Shown here: positions 13,345-25,951 of the stretch, in pieces
Layout: the number at the start of each line of letters is the position of its first letter
Numbering within the stretch: the first letter of the stretch is position 1
NCBI GenBank assembly: GCA_950097015.1
Contig: CATNEN010000007.1
Span: 4,898,001 to 4,962,000, forward strand
Direction of reading: 5' to 3'
DNA from: Macrostomum hystrix
Lineage: Eukaryota > Animalia > Platyhelminthes
DNA length: 64,000 bases
Position numbers and translations under genes: made by a program
Notes under the pieces: model-generated
Seen by the model: only the letters and a program-made list of their open reading frames with translations
What the model was told of the DNA's origin: nothing
Database searches by the model: none

Positions 13345-14190
13345 GATAAGACAAGGGTGAGATGAGACAAGGGTGAGATGAGACTAGGGTGAGATGAGAC
13401 TAGGGTGGGATAAGACAAGGGTGAGATGAGACAAGGGTGAGATGAGACAAGGGTGAGATGAGACTAGGGTGGGATGAGACAAGGGTGAGATGAGACAAGG
13501 GTGAGATGAGACAAGGGTGAGATGAGACAAGGATGAGATGAGACTAGGGTGAGATGAGACAAGGGTGAGATGAGACTAGGGTGAGATGAGACAAGGGTGA
13601 GATAAGACAAGGGTGAGATAAGACAAGGGTGAGATGAGACAAGGGTGAGATGAGACAAGGGTGAGATGAGACAAGGGTGAGATGAGACTAGGGTGGGATG
13701 AGACAAGGGTGAGATAAGACAAGGCTGAGATAAGACAAGGGTGAGATGAGACAAGGGTGAGATGAGACAAGGGTGAGATGAGACAAGGGTGAGATAAGAC
13801 AAGGGTGAGATGAGACAAGGGTGAGATGAGACAAGGGTGAGATAAGACAAGGGTGAGATGAGACAAGGGTGAGATGAGACTAGGGTGAGATGAGACAAGG
13901 GTGAGATGAGACAAGGGTGAGATGAGACAAGGGTGAGATGAGACTAGGGTGAGATGAGACAAGGGTGAGATAAGACAAGGGTGAGATAAGACAAGGGTGA
14001 GATGAGACTAGGGTGAGATGAGACTAGGGTGAGATGAGACAAGGGTGAGATGAGACAAGGGTGAGATAAGACAAGGGTGAGATAAGACAAGGGTGAGATG
14101 AGACCAGGGTGAGATGAGACTAGGGTGAGATGAGACAAGGGTGAGATGAGACTAGGGTGAGATGAGACTAGGGTGAGATGAGATAAGGTG
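13345..14190. repeat. 16-bp minisatellite (GAGACAAGGGTGAGAT), copy 1
   Basis: 16-bp periodicity. Confidence 0.95.
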
Positions 14191-14816
14191 CGGTAGTTAG
14201 TTAGATTAGATGTTGGATGGTTGGATGGGAACTTCGACGGCAGATCTAAGAGTTTGTGCCAGCAAAGGCAATCGCATTTTCCAAGAAAACCAATAATATC
14301 CTTTGTATTAGAGAAGCAATGCTCTCCAAGCCCACAATCGCTGCCCGAACTTCCCCCACGTCAACGAGTATAGGAAATTGTGACATCCCTGATGTCACAA
14401 CAGATCCCCACAGTCAGCAGCAGCACTCAGTTGTATCCAGCAGCGTTGATGGCACTTACCCATACAGACCCGCTTGCCAATGAATATAATAATCCAGTAA
14501 TGTCAGAATCACTCTATGAACCTTTCTTTACAATCAATTTCTTCAAAAGCGTTCACATGAAAGACTAAACTATAATCGATTTTCCTACTTAAGTTTTCTG
14601 CTACTCTCGATGCAAAGAAAGCTAGAGAGTAATTTTAAGCCGTATTTATATGCGGTTTGGAAGTAAGAAAAATGTTATATTAATTCTTGGTTGCATGCCG
14701 ACTATTCATAGTAGCATGTAGCAAAGATTTTTTGAGTTTTGCAATCCTCTTGCAGAGTCAATTGTACGATATTCAATTGTACAAGAGATAAGATAGGCGA
14801 GAGATGGGACTTGACA

Positions 14817-15326
14817 GATAAGACAAGGGTGAGATGAGACTAGGGTGAGATGAGACTAGAGTGTGATGAGACAAGGGTGAGATAAGACAAGGGTGAGATG
14901 AGACAAGGATGAGATGAGACAAGGGTGAGATGAGACTAGGGTGAGATGAGACTAGAGTGGGATGAGACAAGGGTGAGATGAGACAAGGGTGAGATGAGAC
15001 AAGGGTGAGATGAGACTAGGGTGAGATGAGACTAGGGTGGGATGAGACAAGGGTGAGATAAGACAAGGGTGAGATGAGACAAGGGTGAGATGAGACAAGG
15101 GTGAGATGAGACAAGGGTGAGATGAGACAAGGGTGAGATGAGACAAGGGTGAGATGAGACAAGGGTGAGATGAGACAAGGGTGAGATGAGACAAGGATGA
15201 GATGAGACAAGGGTGAGATGAGACAAGGGTGAGATGAGACAAGGGTGAGATGAGACAAGGGTGAGATGAGACAAGGGTGAGATGAGACAAGGATGAGATG
15301 AGACTAGGGTGAGATGAGATAAGGTG
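14817..15326. repeat. 16-bp minisatellite (GAGACAAGGGTGAGAT), copy 2
   Basis: Same unit, shorter array. Confidence 0.95.
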
Positions 15327-16277
15327 TTAGTTAGATTAGATATTGGATGGTTGGATGGGAACTTCGACGGCAGATCTAAGAGTTTGTGCCAGCAAAGGCA
15401 ATCGCATTTTCCAAGAAAACCAATAATATCCTTTGTATTAGAGAAGCAATGCTCTCCAAGCCCACAATCGCTGCCCGAACTTCCCCCACGTCAACGAGTA
15501 TAGGAAATTAAATACAGAATTAGGCTGCCAATAATTAATAACTTCTGATCCCGAAAGAAAATAATGATCCAATCGACGGCAGTTTGTGCATTGCAGCACA
15601 ATGTCTTCACGATTAATTTCCTACGAGTGTTGAGCTGTCACCCAACTCCACAGCAATGCTGCACTGCAGGCCTCTGCTCTGCAAATTGAAACCGGCAATG
15701 AGATCTCTCATTTTGTCTTTATTTTTTGTTTCTTTTAAAACACTTCCTGGTCTCAAAAAAACACACCCTCAAGGCGGAGGGAGGGAGGGGAGTCGCGGAA
15801 GCAGACAGGCCAGGTGCGACAGCTCAGATCGGATACCTGCAGGTGCATTCCAGCTTGCCTCCGCAAGTAAAATCAGTATAAGTATAGGGAATGGAGAATG
15901 CAAAAAATTGAACAACAATGAGAGAAGCTTAACGCTTAAGAATTTGAGCAAACATTTCAGTTAGAACGCCGGCTCATGCTCTATGAGACATTGTTAACCA
16001 GGCCTGTGTCCTCTATTTTATCGAGTTTCTTTAGCAGTTTTTTTTATAAAATTGTCTGAAATTGTTTTTTGAATCAGTGGCCAGTGCAGGCTAAAATACA
16101 GTACAGTAGCTAGAAATACCTGGCCCAACTGATCAAACATTTAAGGCATTCTAATTTTCAATGAGACGAGCTGATTTATGGATTCAAAATGAAATTCTAC
16201 TACTGCGTGCTGGTATTCAATTGGGGTCAAGTGGGACGCTTTAGAGCAAGAGCTCACTGCACCAATCTCATCTGTGT

Positions 16278-16917
16278 CTACCTCTCCCTACTCTCACCCT
16301 ACCTCTCTCCATCCTCAGCCTATACCTCTCTCCACCCTCAGCCTATACCTCTCTCCACCCTCACCATACCGCTATCCACCCTCACCCTACCGCTCTCCAC
16401 CCTCAGCCTACCTCTCTCCACCCTCAGCCTACCTCTCTCCACCCTCACCCTACCTCTCTCCACCCTCATCCTATACCTCTCTCCACCCTCATCCTATACC
16501 TCTCTCCACCCTCATCCTATACCTCTCTCCACCCTCATCCTATACCTCTCTCCACCCTCAGCCTACCTCTCTCAACCCTCATCCTATACCTCTCTCCACC
16601 CTCAGCCTACCTCTCTCCACCCTCAGCCTACCTCTCTCCACCCTCACCCTACCTCTCTCCACCCTCATCCTATACCTCTCTCCACCCTCATCCTATACCT
16701 CTCTCCACCCTCATCCTATACCTCTCTCCACCCTCATCCTATACCTCTCTCCACCCTCAGCCTACCTCTCTCAACCCTCATCCTATCCTCTCTCCACCCT
16801 CATCCTATACCTCTCTCCACCCTCAGCCTACCTCTCTCCACCCTCAGCCTACCTCTCTCCACCCTCAGCCTACCTCTCTCCAACCTCAGCCTACCTCTCT
16901 CCACCCTCACCATACCA
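16278..16917. repeat. Pyrimidine-rich 21/23-bp minisatellite (CCTCTCTCCACCCTCAGCCTA variants)
   Basis: Visible periodicity with two unit lengths. Confidence 0.9.
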
Positions 16918-17651
16918 CTCTAAGTAAATTTTAAAGGCTCGAGTAAATGGAGCTTGACTATTCGAGCTGAAATGGCATTCTAATTGACCGTGAATAGCAA
17001 AATAGTGGGCTCATTTATCAAAAAGGGAACATTCTGCGAATTGCTATCATTTTAGCCGCCCTAAAGTCAAAGGGTGTTCAACTATCAATGCTAGGCGCCC
17101 TCATTTTCCTTTGATTTTAGTTCTCACGGTTGCACTGAGGAAAACTTGTTCCTAGAGATCTGTGAGCTTCCCCGGGCTGGTGGAGTCTAGACTGGCCCAA
17201 CTTATCACTTCATGCAATCGGGCCCACAGACTGCAATCATTAATCATTGTTTAAGAGATTCATAAACAGGCCCGAATGTGTTCTGAGATATGTATTCTTG
17301 GCTTGTACATTTCTAGACAAAATTCTTTCTTAATTATCTGGGGGAATCATCGGGACTCCCCATTCAAATTGTGCTGGTATCCGAGAGATAAAAGCACGGT
17401 TTTCAAGTCTTTGTCCGCTAATTACTTGCTTAGGAATGACTCAGCACTTCCTGAGATCCTCGTGAAATCTGAACAAGGATGTCACAACTGTATTCGGATC
17501 CTTGCTGCTCACTTGTTTGTGCTGCAGATCAGATTTCCTGTTACCTTTTTTGTCACAGCTACATAGAAAAATATGTAAACATGTTGTAGGGCAGTAAAAA
17601 TAGAATATTTTGTAAAAATAACTTCAAGCCTATCAACCGCAACATAAATTC

Positions 17652-18205
17652 CCACAATCCTTCACAATCCCCAGCTCTTCACAATCCCCAGCTCTTCACA
17701 ATCCCCAGCTCTTCACAATCCCCAGCTCTTCACAATCCCCAGCTACTTCTTCACAATCCCCAGCTATTCACAATCCCCAGCTCTTCACAATCCCCAGCTA
17801 CTTCTTCACAATCCCCAGCTACTTATTCACAATCCCCAGCTCTTCACAATCCCCAGCTACTTCTTCACAATCCCCAGCTACTTCTTCACAATCCCCAGCT
17901 ACTTCTTCACAATCCCCAGCTACTTCTTCACAATCCCCAGCTACTTATTCACAATCCCCAGCTCTTCACAATCCCCAGCTCTTCACAATCCCCAGCTACT
18001 TCTTCACAATCCCCAGCTATTCACAATCCCCAGCTCTTCACAATCCCCAGCTCTTCACAATCCCCAGCTCTTCACAATCCCCAGCTCTTCACAATCCCCA
18101 GCTCTTCACAATCCCCAGCTACTTCTTCACAATCCCCAGCTATTCACAATCCCCAGCTCTTCACAATCCCCAGCTCTTCACAATCCCCAGCTCCTCACAA
18201 TCCCC
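17652..18205. repeat. 17/21-bp minisatellite (CACAATCCCCAGCTCTT / ...CTACTTCTT)
   Basis: Interspersed long and short units. Confidence 0.93.
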
Positions 18206-18673
18206 AAATCATCAACATTGAAAAGTGTTCGCAATTTCACAAGATGCCCATCTCCCAAACTCCGGAATGCAGACATTAAAGTCACTCAAGCTATCTCGCT
18301 CCCATTCATTGAACAAACCGACGCTATAAGTTCATTGAAGCGGATTTTTTATCGTCCACGCGATTCAGACAGAATCTGGGAGGGCTAGTAATTTCCTCTG
18401 CGGTTCGATTGCAACAATGCCTCCTACAATTGTCTAGAAGACGACACACTGAGAGCAGCACGCGACACCTTGCTGCCGGAGCCGAAAGTATTATAGGAAA
18501 TCTCCTATCCTATAGGCTGCGCTACTCAAATCAGATGTGAACCGATACAAGACGCGTCGAAACGTGAAATTTTTTTTCAATGTCTTGAAAAACTAAGCAA
18601 ATGTTTTCTTTCAAAAGGGCCGCCTTTACTGATTGAAAGTTTTCAATGCACCTGCTCGGGGTAGGTGATAAAA

Positions 18674-19025
18674 TGAATGAATGAATGAATGAATGAATGA
18701 ATGAATGAATGAATTAAAAAAATGAATGAATGAGTGAATGAATGAATCAATCCGACAATCAATCATTCAACAACTAAGCCACTAATCAACTAATCAAACA
18801 ATATATTAATCAATCAATTAGTCAGTTTATCAATCACCAATCAATAGGTTATTTTACTTTCTCAATCAATTTGCTTAATCAATCAATCGATTTTCATAAT
18901 CGATCAATCATTATGCTTAATCAATCAATCAATACACTTAATCGATCAATCTATTTGCACAATCAATCAATCGATTTACTCTATCGATCGATTAATTGAG
19001 CAAGCGACCAATCAATCAATCAATG
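18674..19025. repeat. (GAAT)n followed by degenerate (CAAT)n simple repeat
   Basis: Direct inspection. Confidence 0.85.
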
Positions 19026-19917
19026 CATAGGCTAGAGGTTAACAAACGGAGTGATGAAGGGGCTGATGATGGGTGTGCAAACTTGTATCAGCAAGTCGGT
19101 GTGTAAAGCAATTGAAATCGCAGCAGTTTATCAGCAGTATCAGCACTCCACATAGGGCGGTTGTTTGAAACCATTTGTTGCCCCGTGTTTGCACAGATGC
19201 ATTGTGTGCAAACTGTTGCATTGTGACGAGTGAATGAGGGGAGGGCAATATGGGAGAAATCTATCTAATATCCCACTCCTCCGCAATCCGTGTTTGAGCA
19301 GCGGTTGCCCACTTGAAATCCTGCCTGCAGACGGCGGAAATCCAACTCTCGTTACTCCTCACAAGGAGAAAATTTGATTTTGAAATTCGCCCGACAGCCA
19401 GTCAGAAATGATCCTCAGCTCAGATCCCCAAAAAAAGTGGAATTGTTGGCGTCTGTTTACCCAAGCCACCCACAGCAAATTTGCGCCGACTATAAACAAA
19501 CCCGCTTGAATATCAGCTCTCCGCATCCAATTCACTTCTCCAGGCGGGGTGGCACGGCATAATCAGCTGCCTGAGGACAATTCAAGTGGGAATTGATAGC
19601 TCAGAAATGGCTATAGAAGGCCCGCGAGTTGATCTCAATGCGGGGATTTACTTTCTGATTAAATCTTGCGCTCAAACATTCGGCCCCAGTTTGACTGCAG
19701 GTTTGTTCACCTTGGCGATTCTGTTGCATTCAGCTGCAGGCTTTGGTTATCGATCTGAGGCGAAATGCTATTTAGAATGCGCCCTCATAGAGAAATCATT
19801 TAAGCAACTCCTCGTTCAGAACTGTGCAACGACTTTTAAGATTAGGATTTGTTAATTTTTAGATCGATTTATACAGATTCGGATATTATCTTTCCCGTGT
19901 CTCATAACTTCTTGTTT

Positions 19918-21617
19918 CCCCTGTCTAATCTCTCCCCTGTCTCATCTCTCCCCTGTCTCATCTCTCCCCTGTCTCATCTCTCGTCTGTCTCATCTCTCGT
20001 CTGTCTCATCTCTCGTCTGTCTCATCTCTCGTCTGTCTCATCTCTCCCCTGTCTCATCTCTCCCCTGTCTCATCTCTCCCCTGTCTCATCTCTCCCCTGT
20101 CTCATCTCTCCCCTGTCTCATCTCTCCCCTGTCTCATCTCTCCCGTGTCTCATCTCTCCCCTGTCTCATCTCTCCCCTGTCTCATCTCTCCCCTGTCTCA
20201 TCTCTCCCCTGTCTCATCTCTCCCCTGTCTCATCTCTCCCTTGTCTCATCTCTCCCCTGTCTTATCTCTCCCCTGTCTTATCTCTCCCCTGTCTCATCTC
20301 TCCCCTGTCTCATCTCTCCCCTGTCTCATCTCTCGTCTGTCTCATCTCTCGTCTGTCTCATCTCTCGTCTGTCTCATCTCTCGTCTGTCTCATCTCTCCC
20401 CTGTCTCATCTCTCCCCTGTCTCATCTCTCCCCTGTCTCATCTCTCGTCTGTCTCATCTCTCGTCTGTCTCATCTCTCGTCTGTCTCATCTCTCCCTTGT
20501 CTCATCTCTCCCCTGTCTCATCTCTCCCCTGTCTCATCTCTCCCCTGTCTCATCTCTCCCCTGTCTCATCTCTCGTCTGTCTCATCTCTCGTCTGTCTCA
20601 TCTCTCGTCTGTCTCATCTCTCGTCTGTCTCATCTCTCGTCTGTCTCATCTCTCCCCTGTCTCATCTCTCCCTTGTCTCATCTCTCGTCTGTCTCATCTC
20701 TCCCCTGTCTCATCTCTCCCCTGTCTCATCTCTCCCCTGTCTCATCTCTCGTCTGTCTCATCTCTCGTCTGTCTCATCTCTCGTCTGTCTCATCTCTCGT
20801 CTGTCTCATCTCTCCCCTGTCTCATCTCTCCCCTGCCTCATCTCTCCCTTGTCTCATCTCTCGTCTGTCTCATCTCTCCCCTGTCTCATCTCTCCCCTGT
20901 CTCATCTCTCCCCTGTCTCATCTCTCCCCTGTCTCATCTCTCCCCTGTCTCATCTCTCCCCTGTCTCATCTCTCCCCTGTCTCATCTCTCCCCTGTCTCA
21001 TCTCTCGTCTGTCTCATCTCTCGTCTGTCTCATCTCTCCCCTGTCTAATCTCTCCCCTGTCTCATCTCTCCCCTGTCTCATCTCTCCCCTGTCTCATCTC
21101 TCCCCTGTCTCATCTCTCGTCTGTCTCATCTCTCGTCTGTCTCATCTCTCGTCTGTCTCATCTCTCGTCTGTCTCATCTCTCGTCTGTCTCATCTCTCCC
21201 CTGTCTCATCTCTCCCTTGTCTCATCTCTCGTCTGTCTCATCTCTCCCCTGTCTCATCTCTCCCCTGTCTCATCTCTCCCCTGTCTCATCTCTCGTCTGT
21301 CTCATCTCTCGTCTGTCTCATCTCTCGTCTGTCTCATCTCTCGTCTGTCTCATCTCTCCCCTGTCTCATCTCTCCCCTGCCTCATCTCTCCCTTGTCTCA
21401 TCTCTCGTCTGTCTCATCTCTCCCCTGTCTCATCTCTCCCCTGTCTCATCTCTCCCCTGTCTCATCTCTCCCCTGTCTCATCTCTCCCCTGTCTCATCTC
21501 TCCCCTGTCTCATCTCTCCCCTGTCTCATCTCTCGTCTGTCTCATCTCTCGTCTGTCTCATCTCTCGTCTGTCTCATCTCTCGTCTGTCTCATCTCTCCC
21601 CTGTCTCATCTCTCCCC
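19918..21617. repeat. 16-bp minisatellite (TGTCTCATCTCTCCCC / TGTCTCATCTCTCGTC), ~105 copies
   Basis: 16-bp periodicity; related to the reverse complement of the 13.3-15.3 kb unit. Confidence 0.95.
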
Positions 21618-22157
21618 GCGTTCCTCCTGTGGCATACGGTGAGGTAAGTGAATACAATAGATGATTAGTTTCCTTTCCACCACTTTTTAACGGATAGTTC
21701 GTGTTCCATAGAGATTCTAACTGGCAACTCAATTTATAAAGAAACTGAAACCATCTCCAAAACGTTTTAGGAATAAAAAATCCTCACCCCCTACACCAAG
21801 GTACGCCAGGGAAGCTATTACGAAATGGATTTACACGCATCGGTAATGACCTTTCACACAAAGGTAAATGCTAACTGTTGTAGCCGTTGGTAGGCAAATC
21901 AGAATTTCGGTAGAATGAAGGTGAGCACGGAATTGTGTTTAATTGCATTTGAAGCGAGCTCTCTGATTGGTTGAGATGGTCGGCGGGGCGCTCCCGACCC
22001 GACCCCGTTGGCGGAGGCGGCGGAGGCACCGGGGGTGGGTGGCAGGGGGCAGGCCGGATATGAGGACAATTTGCTCGCCACCTAGGCCTGGCCCCAAAGC
22101 AATTTTCTCCTAGTTTGAGCGCAGTTTCAGAGCACTAATTAGCAACTGGGCAAAGCC

Positions 22158-22840
22158 ATGGCATCGTCAAAATCATTTCTCGTGGACAGCCTGGTCTCCA
22201 CTGCAGGCAGCGGCGGTGGCGGTGGTAAGGGCAGCTCCGTGAAGCGGTCTGGGGAACGCCTGGCCCCGCCGACACAGCTGCTACCTCAGTCCTCGGGACC
22301 TTCTGCCTCCCTTCAGCAACTGCAGCAGCAGCAGTCAGTAACAATGTCAGCTGCCGGCTTTCCAACGGACTTCCATTCCGCCCTGCTTGGACATCAGCTG
22401 CAGCAGCAGCAGCAGCAGCATCAGGCGCTGCCGCCGCTCTCCCTGACCATGGAAATGCAACGGCATCACTTTCTGAATAGCATTCACTATCAGCAGTCTC
22501 ATCAGCACCAGCCGCAACCGCACCTGCCGCCGCTTCTGCCATCCTGGCTGGCAGCCGCTGCCTATCCCTACCTGCCATTCATCGCCCTGCCGCCTTCGAC
22601 TGCGCCACCGCCGCCGCCGCTGCCACCGCCGCCGCCGTCGTCGTCGACATCGCCACCGTCAGTATCGCCGATAGCAGCGGCTGCGGTATCGGCAGTGCAA
22701 ACTCGGCATTCCCAAATGCCTGCGGCTGCCTCTTCGCCTCACCATCACTTTCAGCAGCAGCAGCAGCATCAGCAGCAACAGGAGCAGCCGCCGAGTCTTC
22801 TGCGTGTTCGAGATACTCTAAAGAGGCCCTCAAATCATTC

Positions 22841-22871
<31 letters not shown>

Positions 22872-24970
22872 TCATCGGAATCGCCTTCTGAAGATGGTAA
22901 GAATAAACACAATGTTTATATGAGAAATTCTTGAGTTTTAACTGTATTTTTTCACACAAGAATTTTGGTCCTGAAGCCGTGAGAGCCATTCGAGAATTTC
23001 TGTCCAATGAAAAAAAGTGAAAAATGGGAGAAAATAGAACATGCAACAAGCTGGCCTCTTATGCTCAACAACAAAGTTTCTTGGAATTAACATCCGGGCC
23101 ACCCGCTGATAAAGTGTCCTTGATGCACTAAGCCGAGGAGAGACAATGAAATTTTTTGTGAACAATAAATAATCATTGAACAAGTCCCAGCCCAGCTCAC
23201 AGGCACCCACTCTGCTCAGTCAACAGTTCAGCTCCTGGGCTGGGTGTCTGGCAAGCAGGCAAGAATTTTGAGCAAATGCAGGTGAGACAAGGGGGTCGCG
23301 TGCCCCCTCAGCTCTGGAGCACGCAGCAGTTGTTGTGCTCAACTAATTGGTACCGAGAACAGCCCATTCTCAGCTTAGAGCTGGTACTATCAAGCCGGGT
23401 TTCTTAGAAAGAGGATAAAAATCCCATTCGATTCATCTGAGTGAAACCCGTGGCCACTTGACCCACTGCTGGGTCTGGTGTGAGAGCTGTGATACCCCTC
23501 ACTCAGTGAGCATGCAGTCACCTAGCGACAGCAAGAACTACTGCTGCGTCACACCGCCTTGCTTCACGGCTGAGCTAGAGTAAATTGAATTGAACTGCGG
23601 GTGGAATCGACACTTGAAGACCTGCAACAATTGCGGTGAGAGGGCCTGTGACGGCTGCTTGAGTTTTTTCCGGCAGTGGCGTATTCTCAAGGCTTTAATA
23701 AGTCGAACTTGGGTTTGAGTTGTGAGCAGACTCAGGGGATATTCTTAAACAAGCGGCCCGGAACAACAATTATTGGGCTGGGAACTGGGAAATTGATTGT
23801 GAAGAGGTGAGAGAAACCCTAGCAACAGCGTGGTAACAGTTCTTATCACTTTCTCCAGTTGCTCTCCTTCAAAATATTGGTGTTATTCCTTAGCATAAAA
23901 ACAGTTTTCTGAGTGCCAAGCGACAAGAAAGTAATATTTGTTTAGTTGACCCACCGCCACTCAACCCTGCATGCATTGTGTCACTTCAATTTAACAACAA
24001 TCAATATGAAAATGAAGCTCATATATAACAGCGTCGAGTGGAAACGAACGGCCTCAGCGTGCAATATGAGCCACATTTAACCAGTCAGACTCTTGCTGGA
24101 ATATTTCGATTTCGACGAAAAAACTGTTATTTAAAAGGCCTTATCGAAATTGGATTAAAATTAATATACAATGACTTTGTATAGCGAAACACTTAGGACA
24201 CTTTCTTCTTCCGACGTTTGTTTTGGACCAGTCGACTGTTAGGTTCCTGTTTCAACTAAATGATGATTTGCGCTTAGGTGAAATTAGTTCAATGTTAAGA
24301 TACCCTTGAATCGGAAGAGCAATTCGTAGTTGCTATGAATTTTGTCATTTATAGTTTTAACTTCGAAAATTCCGAAATAACTGGGGAAACAGGATTTTGC
24401 GAAGCACAGCCTGCACAGTCCAGATTTAAGTGAACCCACCTGAGCCAATCTGAACCCACCTGAACCCACCTGAACCCACCTGAGCCAATCTGAACCCACC
24501 TGAACCCACCTGAGCCAATCTGAACCCACCTGAACCCACCTGAACCCACCTGAGCCAATCTGAACCCACCTGACCCCACCTGAACCCATCTGAACCCACC
24601 TGAACCCACCTGAACTCACCTGAACCCACCTGAACTCACCTGAACCCACCTGAACCCACCTGAACCCACCTGAACTCCCGCAGACGCAGCCGGTGACGAC
24701 AAGAACTCGAAGCGGATGCGGACAGCCTTCACCAGCGAGCAGCTGCTAGCGCTGGAGCGGGAGTTCGCTAGCAACATGTACCTGTCGCGGCTCAGGCGCA
24801 TCGAGATTGCCCGCTACCTGCGCCTCTCGGAGAAGCAGGTGAAAATCTGGTTCCAGAACCGGCGAGTTCGCTACAAGAAGGAGACGGCCGGCGGTGGTCA
24901 CGGGTTCGAATCGGTCGCTGCGGGCGACGTGTCCTGCCGTTGCTGCTTGAAGTCCGCCACCAATGCCACC

Positions 24971-25003
<33 letters not shown>

Positions 25004-25123
25004 ATGGCCGCGGCGGAGTTCAAAGAGGACGCGGAAGAAGCCGATCGCGAAGTGAAATTCGAGCAGCCGTCTGAGGCCACCGATGAGTTTGTCGGCGATA
25101 TCGAAGCCGGGGACAGTCCTTGA
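22158..25123 (+). CDS. Gsx: Gsx/Ind ParaHox homeobox gene, 2 exons (22158-22896, 24684-25123)
   Basis: N-terminal SNAG-like [13 protein letters not shown]. Phase-1 intron (G|GTAAGA...CCCGCAG|AC) restores the frame. Homeodomain [58 protein letters not shown] carries the Gsx-diagnostic [23 protein letters not shown] at 25172. Confidence 0.93.
24431..24678. repeat. 10-bp minisatellite (TGAACCCACC) directly upstream of the Gsx exon 2 acceptor
   Basis: 10-bp periodicity ending a few nt before the AG at 24682-24683. Confidence 0.93.
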
Positions 25124-25171
25124 CGCCGAGACAGCCAGCGGCTACTGCTATTCCTGTAGAATTACTTGTGC

Positions 25172-25177
25172 AATAAA
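25172..25177 (+). terminator. Putative polyadenylation signal of Gsx
   Basis: AATAAA ~50 nt after the stop codon. Confidence 0.5.
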
Positions 25178-25616
25178 TGTACTGCAAATTGAATACCATA
25201 TTATATAAATGCGTAGCGAAGCACTAACTGCTTGTGCTGTCATATTTACAAATGGATCCTGCTGCTAAACTGACTGTACTTATTAGCACTTGCTGCTGTG
25301 CCGAAATGTGTTTTTTCTTGTGTAGCATTTTTGTTAGGAATTGATTTCACCTAAGTGACATTGTGCTTGGTACACTGGTCCTGTACGTTCTAACAGGCCT
25401 ATGAAAGAGGTCGAATTGTTTGTTTACACTGTCCGAATTGACAGCGTTTGTGCGAATGTTTAGTTTGTTTGTGATTGCCTGTCCTGTTAAATATAATTTA
25501 TTGTGCAACTTCATGATGAATGTCTAAAAGACCATCGAAATGGTTTTTCATTGCCCTAAAATGCTATTTAAAGCTTGTTTTCTACTTCAATCAGTTTGGG
25601 AGTTTCTGCTTACAGG

Positions 25617-25951
25617 ATGGGTCATATCAGGAATGTCAATGGGTCATATCTGGAATGTCAATGGGTCATATCCGGAATGTCAATGGGTCATATCTGGAAT
25701 GTCAATGGGTCATATCTGGAATGTCAATGAGTCATATCAGGAATGTCAATGGGTCATATCTGGAATGTCAATGGGTCATATCTGGAATGTCAATGGGTCA
25801 TATCTGGAATGTCAATGGGTCATATCTGGAATGTCAATGGGTCATATCTGGAATGTCAACGGGTCACATCTGGAATGTCAATGGGTCATATCTGGAATGC
25901 CTATGGGTCATATCTGGGATGTGAATGGGTCATATCTGGAATGTCAATGGG
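25617..25951. repeat. 22-bp minisatellite (ATGGGTCATATCTGGAATGTCA)
   Basis: 22-bp periodicity, ~15 copies. Confidence 0.93.

Larger units (their letters stand above)
12918..15509. repeat. Tandem duplication of a ~1.1-1.45 kb unit (12918-14379 and 14384-15509), each copy containing a 16-bp array
   Basis: The unique flanks (GTATCCAGCAGCGTTGATGGCAC... and ...CACGTCAACGAGTATAGGAAATT) occur twice in the same order. Confidence 0.92.

Noticed and set aside
13224-21664. Long ORFs (SHLTLVSS, SSLPCLIS, LSTLSLP repeats)
   Set aside because: They are stop-free translations of minisatellites in several frames, with no splice or domain support.
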